DNA from: a virus
Strand: one strand, 5' to 3'
Virus record (IMG/VR): IMGVR_UViG_3300037467_000688
Length of the DNA stretch: 47,309 bases
Part shown: positions 1-8,098 of the stretch, piece by piece
Layout: each line of letters starts with the position of its first letter
Numbering within the stretch: the stretch's first letter is position 1
The notes under the pieces: generated by a model
Databases searched by the model: none
What the model saw: only the letters and a program-made list of their open reading frames with translations
What the model was told of the DNA's origin: nothing
Made by a program: the position numbers and the translations under genes

Positions 1-127
1 CTCGGTACGTTCTAACGCATACCTAGTAGGAACCGAGGTGGTCCCCAAAGGGGTGCGGCATAATGGCACATGGCTATTTGGGCGGGCTCCAAAGCCGCGG
101 CGTGCGGCCGTCCCACTCCTCGTAGCG
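1..127. repeat. Window-end overlap copy 1 (identical to 47183-47309)
   Basis: Read directly: ctcggtacgttctaacgcataccta...gtcccactcctcgtagcg occurs at both ends in the same orientation, 127/127 nt. Confidence 0.95.
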
Positions 128-913
128 AAGGATGCGGGCGAGCCTGGCTTGCTTGATGGCGTCGGCTTCGGTGAGGCCTGCCTTACAGTAGGCGGAGACG
201 ATGGCCGCCCAGACAGGCATCTCCACTCGCCGCCACCGGGTCTCGGGCTGGCCCTTGCGGGGGCCACCTTTGAGGACGTGCTCATAGTCCTCCCACCCGA
301 GACCCGTGAGCAACTCTTGGGCGGCGATGGGGCCGGCGCCGGGGAGCCCTGGATAACCGTCCGTGACGTCACCAACGATGGTCTGCCAGAGGTGGAACCA
401 GTCGGCGTCCTCGACGCTAATCTCCCGGATGCGGGGCTTCTCCCCACCATACTGATCCTGCGGGCGGTAAAGCTTGCCGGGGATCGTCTTCATGTCCTTA
501 TCGGCGGACACGATGATCCGCTCGTCGGTCCTATTGGGGTCCGTGGCGAGGATACCCATGACGTCGTCGGCCTCGAGCGCCGTCCAGCGGACGGTCTCGT
601 AGGTCTCCGCCAGCCACTCCTTGAGGTCGTAGAGATGGACCGGCCGTTCGACGTCGCCGCGTGCCGCCTTGTAGGTCGGATCGACGCGGTCCTTGCGGAA
701 CGAGTTGAAGTCATCCGAGAGGCACACGATGATGTCGTCGGCCTTGAGCCGGTCGGCGAGCTTGACGATCTCTTCCTCGGCCAGCCTACGGGCCGCCTCC
801 TCGTCAGCGGCTACCGATTGGGTGCCGTCACCGTTCCAATCGTAGGACCGCTGGTTCGCGGAGGTGGCTCGGTAGGCGAGGAGGTCGGCGTCGAGCAGGA
901 GGGTGCGGGTCAT
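74..913 (-). CDS. 5'-3' exonuclease, T7 gp6-like (FEN/PIN domain plus H3TH)
   Basis: 279 aa; LLLDADLLAYR, EADDVMG, IIVSADKDMKTIPG, GDVTDGYPGLPGAGPIAAQELL; last gene of the replication module as in T7. Confidence 0.85.
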   Translation of the reverse strand: MTRTLLLDADLLAYRATSANQRSYDWNGDGTQSVAADEEAARRLAEEEIVKLADRLKADDIIVCLSDDFNSFRKDRVDPTYKAARGDVERPVHLYDLKEWLAETYETVRWTALEADDVMGILATDPNRTDERIIVSADKDMKTIPGKLYRPQDQYGGEKPRIREISVEDADWFHLWQTIVGDVTDGYPGLPGAGPIAAQELLTGLGWEDYEHVLKGGPRKGQPETRWRRVEMPVWAAIVSAYCKAGLTEADAIKQARLARILRYEEWDGRTPRLWSPPK

Positions 914-1137
914 TCTGATTGACAGAGCCGCGCCCGCCGCTGCTCGGCCAACAGTTCCTCCACCTTTTTACCATCATGAAGAACCTCCGCCATTTGCTTA
1001 TAAAGCTCTACGCGGCGGTCAGCGTCTCCCGTAACGAAGTCGTAAAGAGACCTTGCCGCGATGCGCGCCTCATGTCTCTGCTTCTCGATTGGGTCTTCAT
1101 CATCAATCACGATAGAAATAGTGTGTGTCTGTTTCAT
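910..1137 (-). CDS. Hypothetical protein, 75 aa
   Basis: ATGA start/stop overlaps with both neighbours (translational coupling); natural-looking helical composition. Confidence 0.55.
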   Translation of the reverse strand: MKQTHTISIVIDDEDPIEKQRHEARIAARSLYDFVTGDADRRVELYKQMAEVLHDGKKVEELLAEQRRARLCQSE

Positions 1138-1436
1138 GGTCTCTCAATCTTGATGTTGAAGCTCGCGAGGAACAGCTCGTCGCGCTCGATGAGGACCGAG
1201 AGAACCGTCTCGAGGTCGAGACTACCCAACGCAACGCTCTGGGCGGTGTAGCCGCCTCCGATCACGATGCTGCCACCCTGCTTCGCCGCCTCATTGCGAA
1301 GATGGCGCAAGCGTGGCAGCCGGTTCGCGGCCGTGCCGATCCGCCGAGCTTCGCTTTCCGTCAGCGGTTCCCGCTCGGGGACGACGACGAGCTGTCGGGA
1401 CCCGTCCGGTCGATCTTCAGGTTCTCCTTCACCCAC
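1134..1436 (-). CDS. Hypothetical protein (start uncertain)
   Basis: Track ORF starts at a GTG and overlaps the i-spanin 3' end by 76 nt; no in-frame ATG nearer the i-spanin stop; C-terminal part fills the gap to 1137. Confidence 0.4.
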   Translation of the reverse strand: MGEGEPEDRPDGSRQLVVVPEREPLTESEARRIGTAANRLPRLRHLRNEAAKQGGSIVIGGGYTAQSVALGSLDLETVLSVLIERDELFLASFNIKIERP

Positions 1437-1951
1437 CGTTGGAGCTCGTCGAGCTGGATGGCTTGCTCGGTGGCGACGAGGGCGTCGTTGGGAGAAAGTC
1501 CAGCTTGCGGGGCGGGACCATGAGGGCCGCCGGCGGCGGGGACAGAGCCGGGCACTGGCGCTGCTCCGGGACTGCCGGGATGGGCTGAGGCGCTGGCGGC
1601 CTGTCGCAGCCGCTCAGCACGCTCAGCGCGGGCACGAGCGTCAGCAATACGCGCTTCATAGGAGGCGTCTCTTTCTTTGTTAATGGCGGCCTGCTCCGCG
1701 AGGACGCGGTCAGCGTGGGCCTTATCGGCTGCGCGAGCGGCGTCCGCCGCGGCGCGGTAGTTCGCGACGGTCTGGGCGAAGGCCGCCTGCTCCCGGTGAT
1801 AGAGCTGCTCGAAGCCGTTGCTCTGCTTTCTCCAGTGGCGGGTCTCGCCTTTCTGGATGAGCAGCATGGACCCGAGGGTGATCCCGAGGAGGAGCCCGAG
1901 GAGACCCTGCCAGTTCTTGCGGAGGAACCCGAGGACAGCGAGGGCTTCCAT
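1361..1951 (-). CDS. i-spanin (Rz-like)
   Basis: Start taken at MEALAVLGF (TGATG junction with upstream ORF); N-terminal TM LLGLLLGITLGSMLLI, then Ala/Arg/Glu-rich coiled coil; contains an out-of-frame lipoprotein ORF. Confidence 0.75.
   Translation of the reverse strand: MEALAVLGFLRKNWQGLLGLLLGITLGSMLLIQKGETRHWRKQSNGFEQLYHREQAAFAQTVANYRAAADAARAADKAHADRVLAEQAAINKERDASYEARIADARARAERAERLRQAASASAHPGSPGAAPVPGSVPAAGGPHGPAPQAGLSPNDALVATEQAIQLDELQRWVKENLKIDRTGPDSSSSSPSGNR
1429..1659 (-). CDS. o-spanin (Rz1-like), embedded in the i-spanin gene
   Basis: MKRVLLTLVPALSVLSGC lipobox, Pro-rich mature region; lies fully inside 1361..1951 in another frame. Confidence 0.75.
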   Translation of the reverse strand: MKRVLLTLVPALSVLSGCDRPPAPQPIPAVPEQRQCPALSPPPAALMVPPRKLDFLPTTPSSPPSKPSSSTSSNGG

Positions 1952-2142
1952 CAGACCACCCGCCGGTTGTCTGGCATCCAGAGCGGAGGCTGAGCCTGCT
2001 CCGGGAGGTAGACCTTGGGCGGGTAGGTCTCGGTGTTGATCCGCGGACAGAACTCCCCGTCGGCGAACGCCGGGGCGCTGGCGCTGCAATAGCCGATGAG
2101 TATGGCTAGGAGCACCACGAGGGCGGTACGGAAGGGGCTCAT
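1951..2142 (-). CDS. Small exported Pro-rich protein, 63 aa
   Basis: Internal start MSPFRTALVVLLAILIGYCSASAPAFA (signal-peptide-like); ATGA overlap with the holin-like ORF. Confidence 0.5.
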   Translation of the reverse strand: MSPFRTALVVLLAILIGYCSASAPAFADGEFCPRINTETYPPKVYLPEQAQPPLWMPDNRRVV

Positions 2143-2369
2143 CCCTTGGCCTGCTGGCGGTCCTTGAGGATGTAGATAACGGCCGCCGCGAGGATCGTAG
2201 CGAGTCCGCCGGGGAGCCCGGTTGGCCCCAGGTCGATGTCCTTGCCGTGGAGGAAGAAGTTTCCGCCGGCGGCCAAGATGACGCTGAGGACAGCGAGAAC
2301 GCCGATCAGGCGCCCGAAGTCCAGCGAGACGTTCGTGGCGTCGAAGAGGATGTCTTTGAGAAGTTTCAT
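2139..2369 (-). CDS. Holin candidate, two TM segments, 76 aa
   Basis: MKLLKD start (ATGA overlap upstream); TM1 LIGVLAVLSVILAAGGNFFL, TM2 GLATILAAAVIYIL, charged tail KDRQQAKG; directly upstream of the spanins. Confidence 0.55.
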   Translation of the reverse strand: MKLLKDILFDATNVSLDFGRLIGVLAVLSVILAAGGNFFLHGKDIDLGPTGLPGGLATILAAAVIYILKDRQQAKG

Positions 2370-2563
2370 TCGCCGATACCTTGCTGTTCGACCCATTCGG
2401 CCCACGCCCAATCCGAGGGGATTGCGGCACCGTCGATCTCGGCGATGACGGCGTGGTGCTGCGGCGGAGCGGCGTCCTGCGGATGGCCTCGCGGGCAAAT
2501 CCGTTTGCTGTTCTTGCCGCACCGCGTCTGGCTCAAAGGTGAGCCACAGACGGCACACTTCAT
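2366..2563 (-). CDS. Small zinc-ribbon-like protein, 65 aa
   Basis: CAVCG...RCGKNSKRICPRGH Cys/His pattern; ATGA overlaps on both sides. Confidence 0.5.
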   Translation of the reverse strand: MKCAVCGSPLSQTRCGKNSKRICPRGHPQDAAPPQHHAVIAEIDGAAIPSDWAWAEWVEQQGIGE

Positions 2564-2874
2564 GTTGATGCTCCTGTGACGCGCACGCCACCGCGGAGGG
2601 TCGCATAGAAGGACGCGATGTCCCTCAGCTCCTCAATGGTGGCGTCCGCCTTGAGCCGGTTGGCTCGGTTGCTGATGACGATGATGTTGCCCGGCGTGTA
2701 CCCTCGCTCGGGCCGTATCTTGTCGAGGGAGGGGCTGTTGTCGCTCCCACCCCGTGGCCCCTTGAACAAGGGGATACCTAGGATCGGGCAATGTGTCGGG
2801 ATCACGATGTCTTGCTTCGTGATCGTGAATGGAACCCCCGCCGCGCGAGCCCGAACGCGAGCGTTCTGTATCAT
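2560..2874 (-). CDS. HNH-type homing endonuclease, paralogue 1
   Basis: Start at MIQNARVR just after the DNAP stop; CPILGIPLFKG...NSPSLDKIRPERGYTPGNIIVISNRANRLKAD, parallel to 8897..9319. Confidence 0.65.
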   Translation of the reverse strand: MIQNARVRARAAGVPFTITKQDIVIPTHCPILGIPLFKGPRGGSDNSPSLDKIRPERGYTPGNIIVISNRANRLKADATIEELRDIASFYATLRGGVRVTGAST

Positions 2875-2893
2875 CACGTAGCGGGGGTCTCTC

Positions 2894-4906
2894 TCAGTGC
2901 GTGTCCGCCCAGGTTTGGCCTGAGTCCGCCGAACCCGAGAGGGGGCAGCGGAGGTCGAACGCCTCACCGGCGAGCCGGATGGCTTCGGCCGAAATACGGC
3001 CGAGCTGTTCTGCATACGGGGGGTCTGCCTCCATCTGGAACTCATCATGGACGTTAACAACGAAGGCGAATTGCTCACCCCACGACCATCCCTCCTCGAG
3101 GAAGGAGTCGTAAGCGAGCACCAGCGCCTTCTTCATCACGACCGCGCCGCCGCCCTGGAGCAGCGTGTTGAGCGCGGAGTGTTGAGCGCGGATGTTGAGC
3201 ATCCGGCCGTCCACGCTGCGGAGCTGTTTGGTCGAGCGGATCGCGGTCTTGATCGCCTTCTGAAGTTCGCCGAGGGCGGGCAAGCTGTTTTCGATCCGCT
3301 TTCGCTTCTGGCCGCCGAGCCGGGCCATTGCCCGTTCTCGCGCCGCGCCCGGCGAGTGCTTGCTGTTGAAGACCACCCGCTGCTGCTCGGTCATGTCGTC
3401 GTATGCGATCTTGCCGAGCTTCAGGTCTCCGGCGCCGTAGAGGTAGGCGTAGGTCCAGGTCTTCGCGTTGTACCGACTGTTGAGGCCGATAGCCTTGCGG
3501 TTCACCGAGTGAACGTCAGTGCCGTCCGCCTTCTTGCCGTTAACGACGGTATCGACGTAAGCGCCCCCGTCGTAGCGGGCCATGTAGTGGGCCAGCATCC
3601 TCAGCTCGAGGCCTTCGGCGTCGACCCCGACCAGCACCTTACCAGGCGCGGCCGTGAAGAGCCGGCGGCTCTCGACCCCGTAGCCGCCCTCGAAGCCGAG
3701 CAGCGGCTTGTCGCTGTCGTCCACGCGGATCGCCGGCACCTGGGCCATGTTCGGCCCCGAGTGCGTCATGCGGCCCGTTATGGCGCCGTTGGTGTTGACC
3801 CGTCCGTGGAGGCGGTGATCCGGCTTGACCCGCTTGAGCCAGGCCTCGTCGCCGGTGGCGAGCTGGCCGAGCCGCTTGTCGACGGTCAGGTAGCGGATCA
3901 GGAGCTTCGCTTCAGGGTAGTCCAGGCCACCGAGCGTGGTTTCGTCCACCTTCGGCTTTCCGGTCGGGGTGAAGTCCACCGGCGTCCAGCCCATCAGGGC
4001 CTTCAGTCGGTTGGCAATCTTGTCGCGCGAGCCGGGCTCAAAGGAGACCAGCTTGACCTTGCAGTAAGGCTCGCCGGGCTCGTAACTCGACCGCCACTGC
4101 TCGCCGTCCTCAGACGCCACCCCCGCCGTGCGACGGCGCTTCGGGTCGACCTCGACGATCTTCCCTTTGTAGCGCTCGGGCTCGTACCACGGAGCAAACG
4201 CGCTTCTGAGCTCGTCCTCTAAGCGTGCCTTTTCGGCGGTCAGCTCGATCTCCAGCCGCTCCGCGGCGTCGGTGTCGAACCAGAAGCCGTGGCGCTCCTG
4301 GAGGAAGATGATCTCGGCGACGCGATGCTCGAGCCGGATGGCCTCTTCGGAGTAGTTCTCGGCCTCAATCTTCTCGACGAGGGCGAGAGTGACCTCCGGG
4401 TCCTGGATGCCGTAGTCGGCCATCTCCGGAGTGAAGGTGTCCCACGGGCCGGAGAAGTCCCCTTTCAGGAACCCGAGGCGGTAGCCCCAGGCCTCAAGGC
4501 TATGCCTCCCGACGAGCCGCTTCTCGCGGAACACCGTGGGCCGCTTGCCCTTCTTGAGGGCGCGGTTGTCGATGTCCTCGAGGTCTGTCCAGATGAGCCG
4601 GGAGGCGACGAGGGTGTCGACGATGAGCTCTCGTGGAACGGCCGCCCAAAAACCAGGGAAGAACTTGTCGATCAGGGGGATGTCGTGGCGGATGATGTTG
4701 TGGCCGGCGATCTGACGTCCGCTCAGAAGAGCCTCACCGAGACGGATTGCTCCATCTTTCAGCGAGCCCTTTAAGTTGGTCGTCGAGACCTCGGGATGGT
4801 CGTGATAGGCCTCCCGCGCTCCCGTCTCTCGGTCGATGAGGTTGATTACGTGGAGCTTCGTGGCGTCATCAAGGAAGCCGTCGGACTCCGTATCGAAAAC
4901 GAGCAT
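2894..4906 (-). CDS. DNA polymerase, family A, T7 gp5-like
   Basis: Start MLVFDTESDGFLDDATKLHV (GGAGG RBS); exo I FDTESDG; motif A VGVDAEGLELRMLAHY; motif B RYNAKTWTYAYLYGAG; motif C VNVHDEFQME. Confidence 0.95.
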   Translation of the reverse strand: MLVFDTESDGFLDDATKLHVINLIDRETGAREAYHDHPEVSTTNLKGSLKDGAIRLGEALLSGRQIAGHNIIRHDIPLIDKFFPGFWAAVPRELIVDTLVASRLIWTDLEDIDNRALKKGKRPTVFREKRLVGRHSLEAWGYRLGFLKGDFSGPWDTFTPEMADYGIQDPEVTLALVEKIEAENYSEEAIRLEHRVAEIIFLQERHGFWFDTDAAERLEIELTAEKARLEDELRSAFAPWYEPERYKGKIVEVDPKRRRTAGVASEDGEQWRSSYEPGEPYCKVKLVSFEPGSRDKIANRLKALMGWTPVDFTPTGKPKVDETTLGGLDYPEAKLLIRYLTVDKRLGQLATGDEAWLKRVKPDHRLHGRVNTNGAITGRMTHSGPNMAQVPAIRVDDSDKPLLGFEGGYGVESRRLFTAAPGKVLVGVDAEGLELRMLAHYMARYDGGAYVDTVVNGKKADGTDVHSVNRKAIGLNSRYNAKTWTYAYLYGAGDLKLGKIAYDDMTEQQRVVFNSKHSPGAARERAMARLGGQKRKRIENSLPALGELQKAIKTAIRSTKQLRSVDGRMLNIRAQHSALNTLLQGGGAVVMKKALVLAYDSFLEEGWSWGEQFAFVVNVHDEFQMEADPPYAEQLGRISAEAIRLAGEAFDLRCPLSGSADSGQTWADTH

Positions 4907-4931
4907 GGGCCTCCGTGGAGGCGTTAGCGCC

Positions 4932-5360
4932 TCAGTGCCAATCGACTTTGCGAAGCCGAAGGCTTGGGTTATTGGGGGCGAGCGCATAATCGACAGAGAC
5001 CAGCCGCCCGTCGAGCCAGCCGAAGTTCTCTCGCTTGATGTCGCTGAGGAACGCGGGCAGCTTGTCGGGAAGCTTGTCGCCTTGCCGGAGTGGCTCAACA
5101 CGACGCTGAAGGAGGATACGACCGTCAGGCGACAGGTATTCCGCCGGGGCTAGCCAGCGGGAGACTGCCTTATCGAATTGGTTGTCGTCCCAGAACTTCA
5201 TTTCATGGACATTGGCGAAGTATCGCCAGTTAGTGTCCGTCTCGACCTTCACGACCAAATCAGGCCGCAGTCGGCAGGCGTACACTTCTCGATGGATGCC
5301 TCCCCCGAGCCGGGCTCCACACAGTAGGTTGAAGGCATCAACGGCGATGGCTTTATCCAC
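4932..5360 (-). CDS. Mini protein-kinase-like protein, 142 aa
   Basis: GGGIHREVYACRLRPDLVVKVE (Gly loop plus VxK), FLSDIKRENFGW (D-x-K-x-x-N catalytic-loop pattern), LVSVDY (DFG position). Confidence 0.4.
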   Translation of the reverse strand: MDKAIAVDAFNLLCGARLGGGIHREVYACRLRPDLVVKVETDTNWRYFANVHEMKFWDDNQFDKAVSRWLAPAEYLSPDGRILLQRRVEPLRQGDKLPDKLPAFLSDIKRENFGWLDGRLVSVDYALAPNNPSLRLRKVDWH

Positions 5361-5366
5361 CGTTGC

Positions 5367-5852
5367 TCACTTGCTGAGGAGCTTCTCGACCGCGTCGCGG
5401 GCCGCGCTGGCCTTCTCGAGTTTCTCGCGGAGCCGATTGATGTCCCCAATCAGCTCCCGCTCTTTCGCCATGAAGCGGTCATTGGCGACCCTCTGGCGGC
5501 GCGCGAGGTACGCTAGGGCCACCGCAAGGTTCTCGAGGCGGTCCTCGATGAAGATCGTGATGGCGTCGAGGACGCGGAATTTGATGCGTTGGAAGAGCTT
5601 ATTCATGGGACTCCCTGAGTAGGCGGCGCGGAGCGCCTGCCACGGTGTGCGGCCGTTGAAGACGCGCCGCAGGGTGTAGGATCGGGCTATCGAGATGACC
5701 GTGAAGATGGCCGCGAGGACCACGTTCTGGGCGTGCGTCATGCGGACACCCAGAACCGCCGGGATCACGAAGTAGTTGGCGATGGTGGAGATGACGAGGC
5801 CGATGGCCGTGTTCGTCACCGCCTCCATGAAGGAGTCGGTGCGGGACTGCAT
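5367..5852 (-). CDS. Membrane protein with C-terminal coiled coil, 161 aa
   Basis: Two hydrophobic helices (AIGLVISTIANYFVIPAVLGV; VVLAAIFTVISIA), then a heptad-like tail; TGATG junction upstream. Confidence 0.55.
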   Translation of the reverse strand: MQSRTDSFMEAVTNTAIGLVISTIANYFVIPAVLGVRMTHAQNVVLAAIFTVISIARSYTLRRVFNGRTPWQALRAAYSGSPMNKLFQRIKFRVLDAITIFIEDRLENLAVALAYLARRQRVANDRFMAKERELIGDINRLREKLEKASAARDAVEKLLSK

Positions 5853-6373
5853 CAGGCAGCCTTGGAGCCGCGGGAGAGGGGGTACCCTTCCTCGCGCTCA
5901 AGCTCCTCCTGGAGGTTCGCCAAGGCCCGCCAGGCGAGCCGGGCTGAGTGCCGCACGCCACGAGCATCCTTCTTTCCGATGTCAACGAGGTGGCGCTGGA
6001 TTTTATTCCCGTGGTCCGTCGACTTGCCCCGAGCCCAATGCATGGGCTCACCGGGGTTGTGTTGATCGTTCCCGATCTTGGAAACTCGGGCGACCTCGGC
6101 GAGTGCGTTGGGGAAGTAGGCGATCAGCCCGTCGAACATGGGGTACTCGTTGCGGAGCCCGTCGTCTTCCGGGAGGGAGGAAGTACTTGCTCCTCCCACT
6201 GGAAGCCTGAAACGATAATCAAAATCAGGGTACCATCCAGGCTGCTGGCCGCGAAGTGGTGTCCAGCCCGTCGGACCTCCACGCCAATCTAGCTCGACTT
6301 CCGAGGTCGGATCGAACTCCGATGGAGCGTCGCCTTTCCGGCGTGGAGAATGGTATTGCCAATCAGAAGTCAT
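5852..6373 (-). CDS. MazG-like / dNTP pyrophosphohydrolase-like protein (tentative)
   Basis: Start MTSDWQYH inside the primase 3' end; LIAYFPNALAEVARVSKIGNDQHN...GNKIQRHLVD...RHSARLAWRALANLQ resembles the all-alpha phage NTP-PPase pattern recalled from memory. Confidence 0.35.
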   Translation of the reverse strand: MTSDWQYHSPRRKGDAPSEFDPTSEVELDWRGGPTGWTPLRGQQPGWYPDFDYRFRLPVGGASTSSLPEDDGLRNEYPMFDGLIAYFPNALAEVARVSKIGNDQHNPGEPMHWARGKSTDHGNKIQRHLVDIGKKDARGVRHSARLAWRALANLQEELEREEGYPLSRGSKAA

Positions 6374-8042
6374 TGCTGCGTGTCTCATCCTTGAACCCGC
6401 CGCCTCCTTCCGACACAGGGACCTCTCGAAAGAGGCCCGTGTCTCGGTCGTACTCGAGACCGAACAGCCGGCCCGCGGCGTCCCCCGTCTCGCGATCCTT
6501 GAGGATGCGAAGCGTGGTGATCCCATCGGGGTCCTGTTGGTCTCGCTCGAGGGCGATCATGTTGTGGGACCAGCGGGCGATTGCGCGGCCGCCGGTGAAC
6601 TGCTTAGCCAGGACGCGGCCGCCCTCTTCGTGGGCTTTCCCGTCCGGGGTGGTGAGGTGGCTGATGTAGTGGAGCGTGAAGTGGTGCTGCTCAACCAGGC
6701 TGGCGAGGTCCGCCATGATCCCGTCGAGCTCCTTCCGGTCGTCCTCGGCGAACGCGAGGAGCGCCGTCAGGTTGTCCAGGAAGACATCCTCGATGCCTTC
6801 ACCCAACACCATGTGCCGGATGATGTCCTTGATGCCGCTCCAATCCTTGGCCCCAAAGTGGTCGTACATGAAGAGGTAGGGGTCCATCTCTTCCATCACG
6901 CCGCGCAGCGCCTCCGGGTCGAACTCGACTCCGGGGACGTGGACGCGCTTCCCAAGGGCCATGCCTCCGAGGGTCTTCAGGGTCTTCCGTCGGGCGTTCT
7001 CCTCGAGGAGGAGGGTGCCAACCTTCCGCGGCTCAGTAAGGCCGAGCGCGGGGAGGTCGTCATGGTCCTCGATGATCGAGGGGCGCATGGTCGACAGGAT
7101 GACTTGCTTGAACGCCGTCGTCTTGCCGGCGCCGACCCCCGCACCCCATCCGTAAAGCTCCCCGCGGCGGATGCCATAGGTGGCCTCGGTCGGTCCCTTC
7201 CAGGGCCAGGCATAGCCATAGCTCGGGGGCGAGAGCGCCAGGTCAATGGCGTCCTTGACGCGGATGATGCCGTCCGGTCGGTAGACCTTGGCGTTCCACG
7301 CGGCGTCGACCAGCTCGGCTGAGCGGCCCGCTTGGACCATCTCGTTGGCGTCCTTGAGTGGGAGCTGAGCGATGTAAGCCTTGCCGGGGGTCAGCAATCG
7401 CGCCGCTTCCTCGGCGCCGTCGCGTCCCTGCGCGTCCATGTCGAACATCAGAACGACGCGCTCGAAGCGCTCCAGCCAATCGGCAGCCGCAGCGACCGCT
7501 TTGGCCGCGTTATGGGCACCGTCGGGGATCGACACCGCCGGCCAGCGGAGGCCCTGGGCTTGCGCCACGCTCATCGCGTCGAGCTCGCCCTCGGTGACGA
7601 CCACCATCTTCCCGGCGTCGCGCCAAAGGTGCTGTCCGAAGAGGGGGAGCGCCTTGGCCTTCTTGCCCACCCAGGGCATCCCTGCGTCCTTGTCGGCGAA
7701 GCGGAGCTTCTGTGCCACCTCTCGCCCGGCAGCGTCGTGGTACGGTGCGATCTGGACTGTCTGGCCCTTAAAGGTCCCTAGCCGGTAGCCGAACTTCTCG
7801 ACCGTCTTGAGGTCGAGCTTGCGCTTCCGGAGAGGCTCGAGCTCGCCGCGGACTAGGTCTCGACTGAGGGGCTCCTGGGCGGATTGACGGCCCTTCGTCC
7901 CCTCGGCCGCGTGATGCGTGCCGCAGGAGAAGCAGAAGGTGTGGCCGTCGTCGTAGAGAGCGCAGGCATCGGAGGAGCCGCAATCGTCGCACGGCCCCTT
8001 GCTGACTAGAGAGGACTCAGACTCATGTACGTGTTTGGTCAC
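6363..8042 (-). CDS. Bifunctional primase-helicase, T7 gp4-like
   Basis: Zn finger CDDCGSSDACALYDDGHTFCFSCG, TOPRIM-region acidic motifs, Walker A GAGVGAGKTT; GTG start required. Confidence 0.95.
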   Translation of the reverse strand: MTKHVHESESSLVSKGPCDDCGSSDACALYDDGHTFCFSCGTHHAAEGTKGRQSAQEPLSRDLVRGELEPLRKRKLDLKTVEKFGYRLGTFKGQTVQIAPYHDAAGREVAQKLRFADKDAGMPWVGKKAKALPLFGQHLWRDAGKMVVVTEGELDAMSVAQAQGLRWPAVSIPDGAHNAAKAVAAAADWLERFERVVLMFDMDAQGRDGAEEAARLLTPGKAYIAQLPLKDANEMVQAGRSAELVDAAWNAKVYRPDGIIRVKDAIDLALSPPSYGYAWPWKGPTEATYGIRRGELYGWGAGVGAGKTTAFKQVILSTMRPSIIEDHDDLPALGLTEPRKVGTLLLEENARRKTLKTLGGMALGKRVHVPGVEFDPEALRGVMEEMDPYLFMYDHFGAKDWSGIKDIIRHMVLGEGIEDVFLDNLTALLAFAEDDRKELDGIMADLASLVEQHHFTLHYISHLTTPDGKAHEEGGRVLAKQFTGGRAIARWSHNMIALERDQQDPDGITTLRILKDRETGDAAGRLFGLEYDRDTGLFREVPVSEGGGGFKDETRSNDF

Positions 8043-8098
8043 GCGGTCCCGTCCACTCAGGTAGCACCGTCATCGGCATCCGCGTGCCCTCGGGGACT

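Noticed and set aside
44-58. A 15-nt exact direct repeat, cccaaaggggtgcgg, at 44-58 and 11211-11225. Both copies lie just downstream of stop codons (exonuclease and RNAP).
   Set aside because: My rough composition-based estimate is that a few exact 15-mers are expected by chance in a 47-kb sequence of about 64 percent G+C. The CCCC-UUU-GGGG hairpin is only 4 bp. I kept it only as context for the motif findings.
3047-4222. Long plus-strand ORFs throughout the track, for example 3047..4222, 14473..15810, 23678..24742, 33986..35509 and 40160..41467.
   Set aside because: Each lies antisense to a minus-strand gene identified by strong motifs (DNAP, integrase, terL, gp16-like, tail tube B). Their Arg/Gly/Ala/Pro/Val-rich composition and lack of SD are typical of shadow ORFs in high-G+C DNA.
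2894-5101. Long N-terminal extensions of track ORFs, for example DNAP from 5101, SSB from 10657, TrxR-like from 18535 and gp13-like from 39593.
   Set aside because: The extensions overlap the upstream genes, are Arg/Pro/Ser-rich, and bypass internal starts that have good SD sequences and homology-consistent N-termini (for example MLVFDTESDG for DNAP). The internal starts were used instead.
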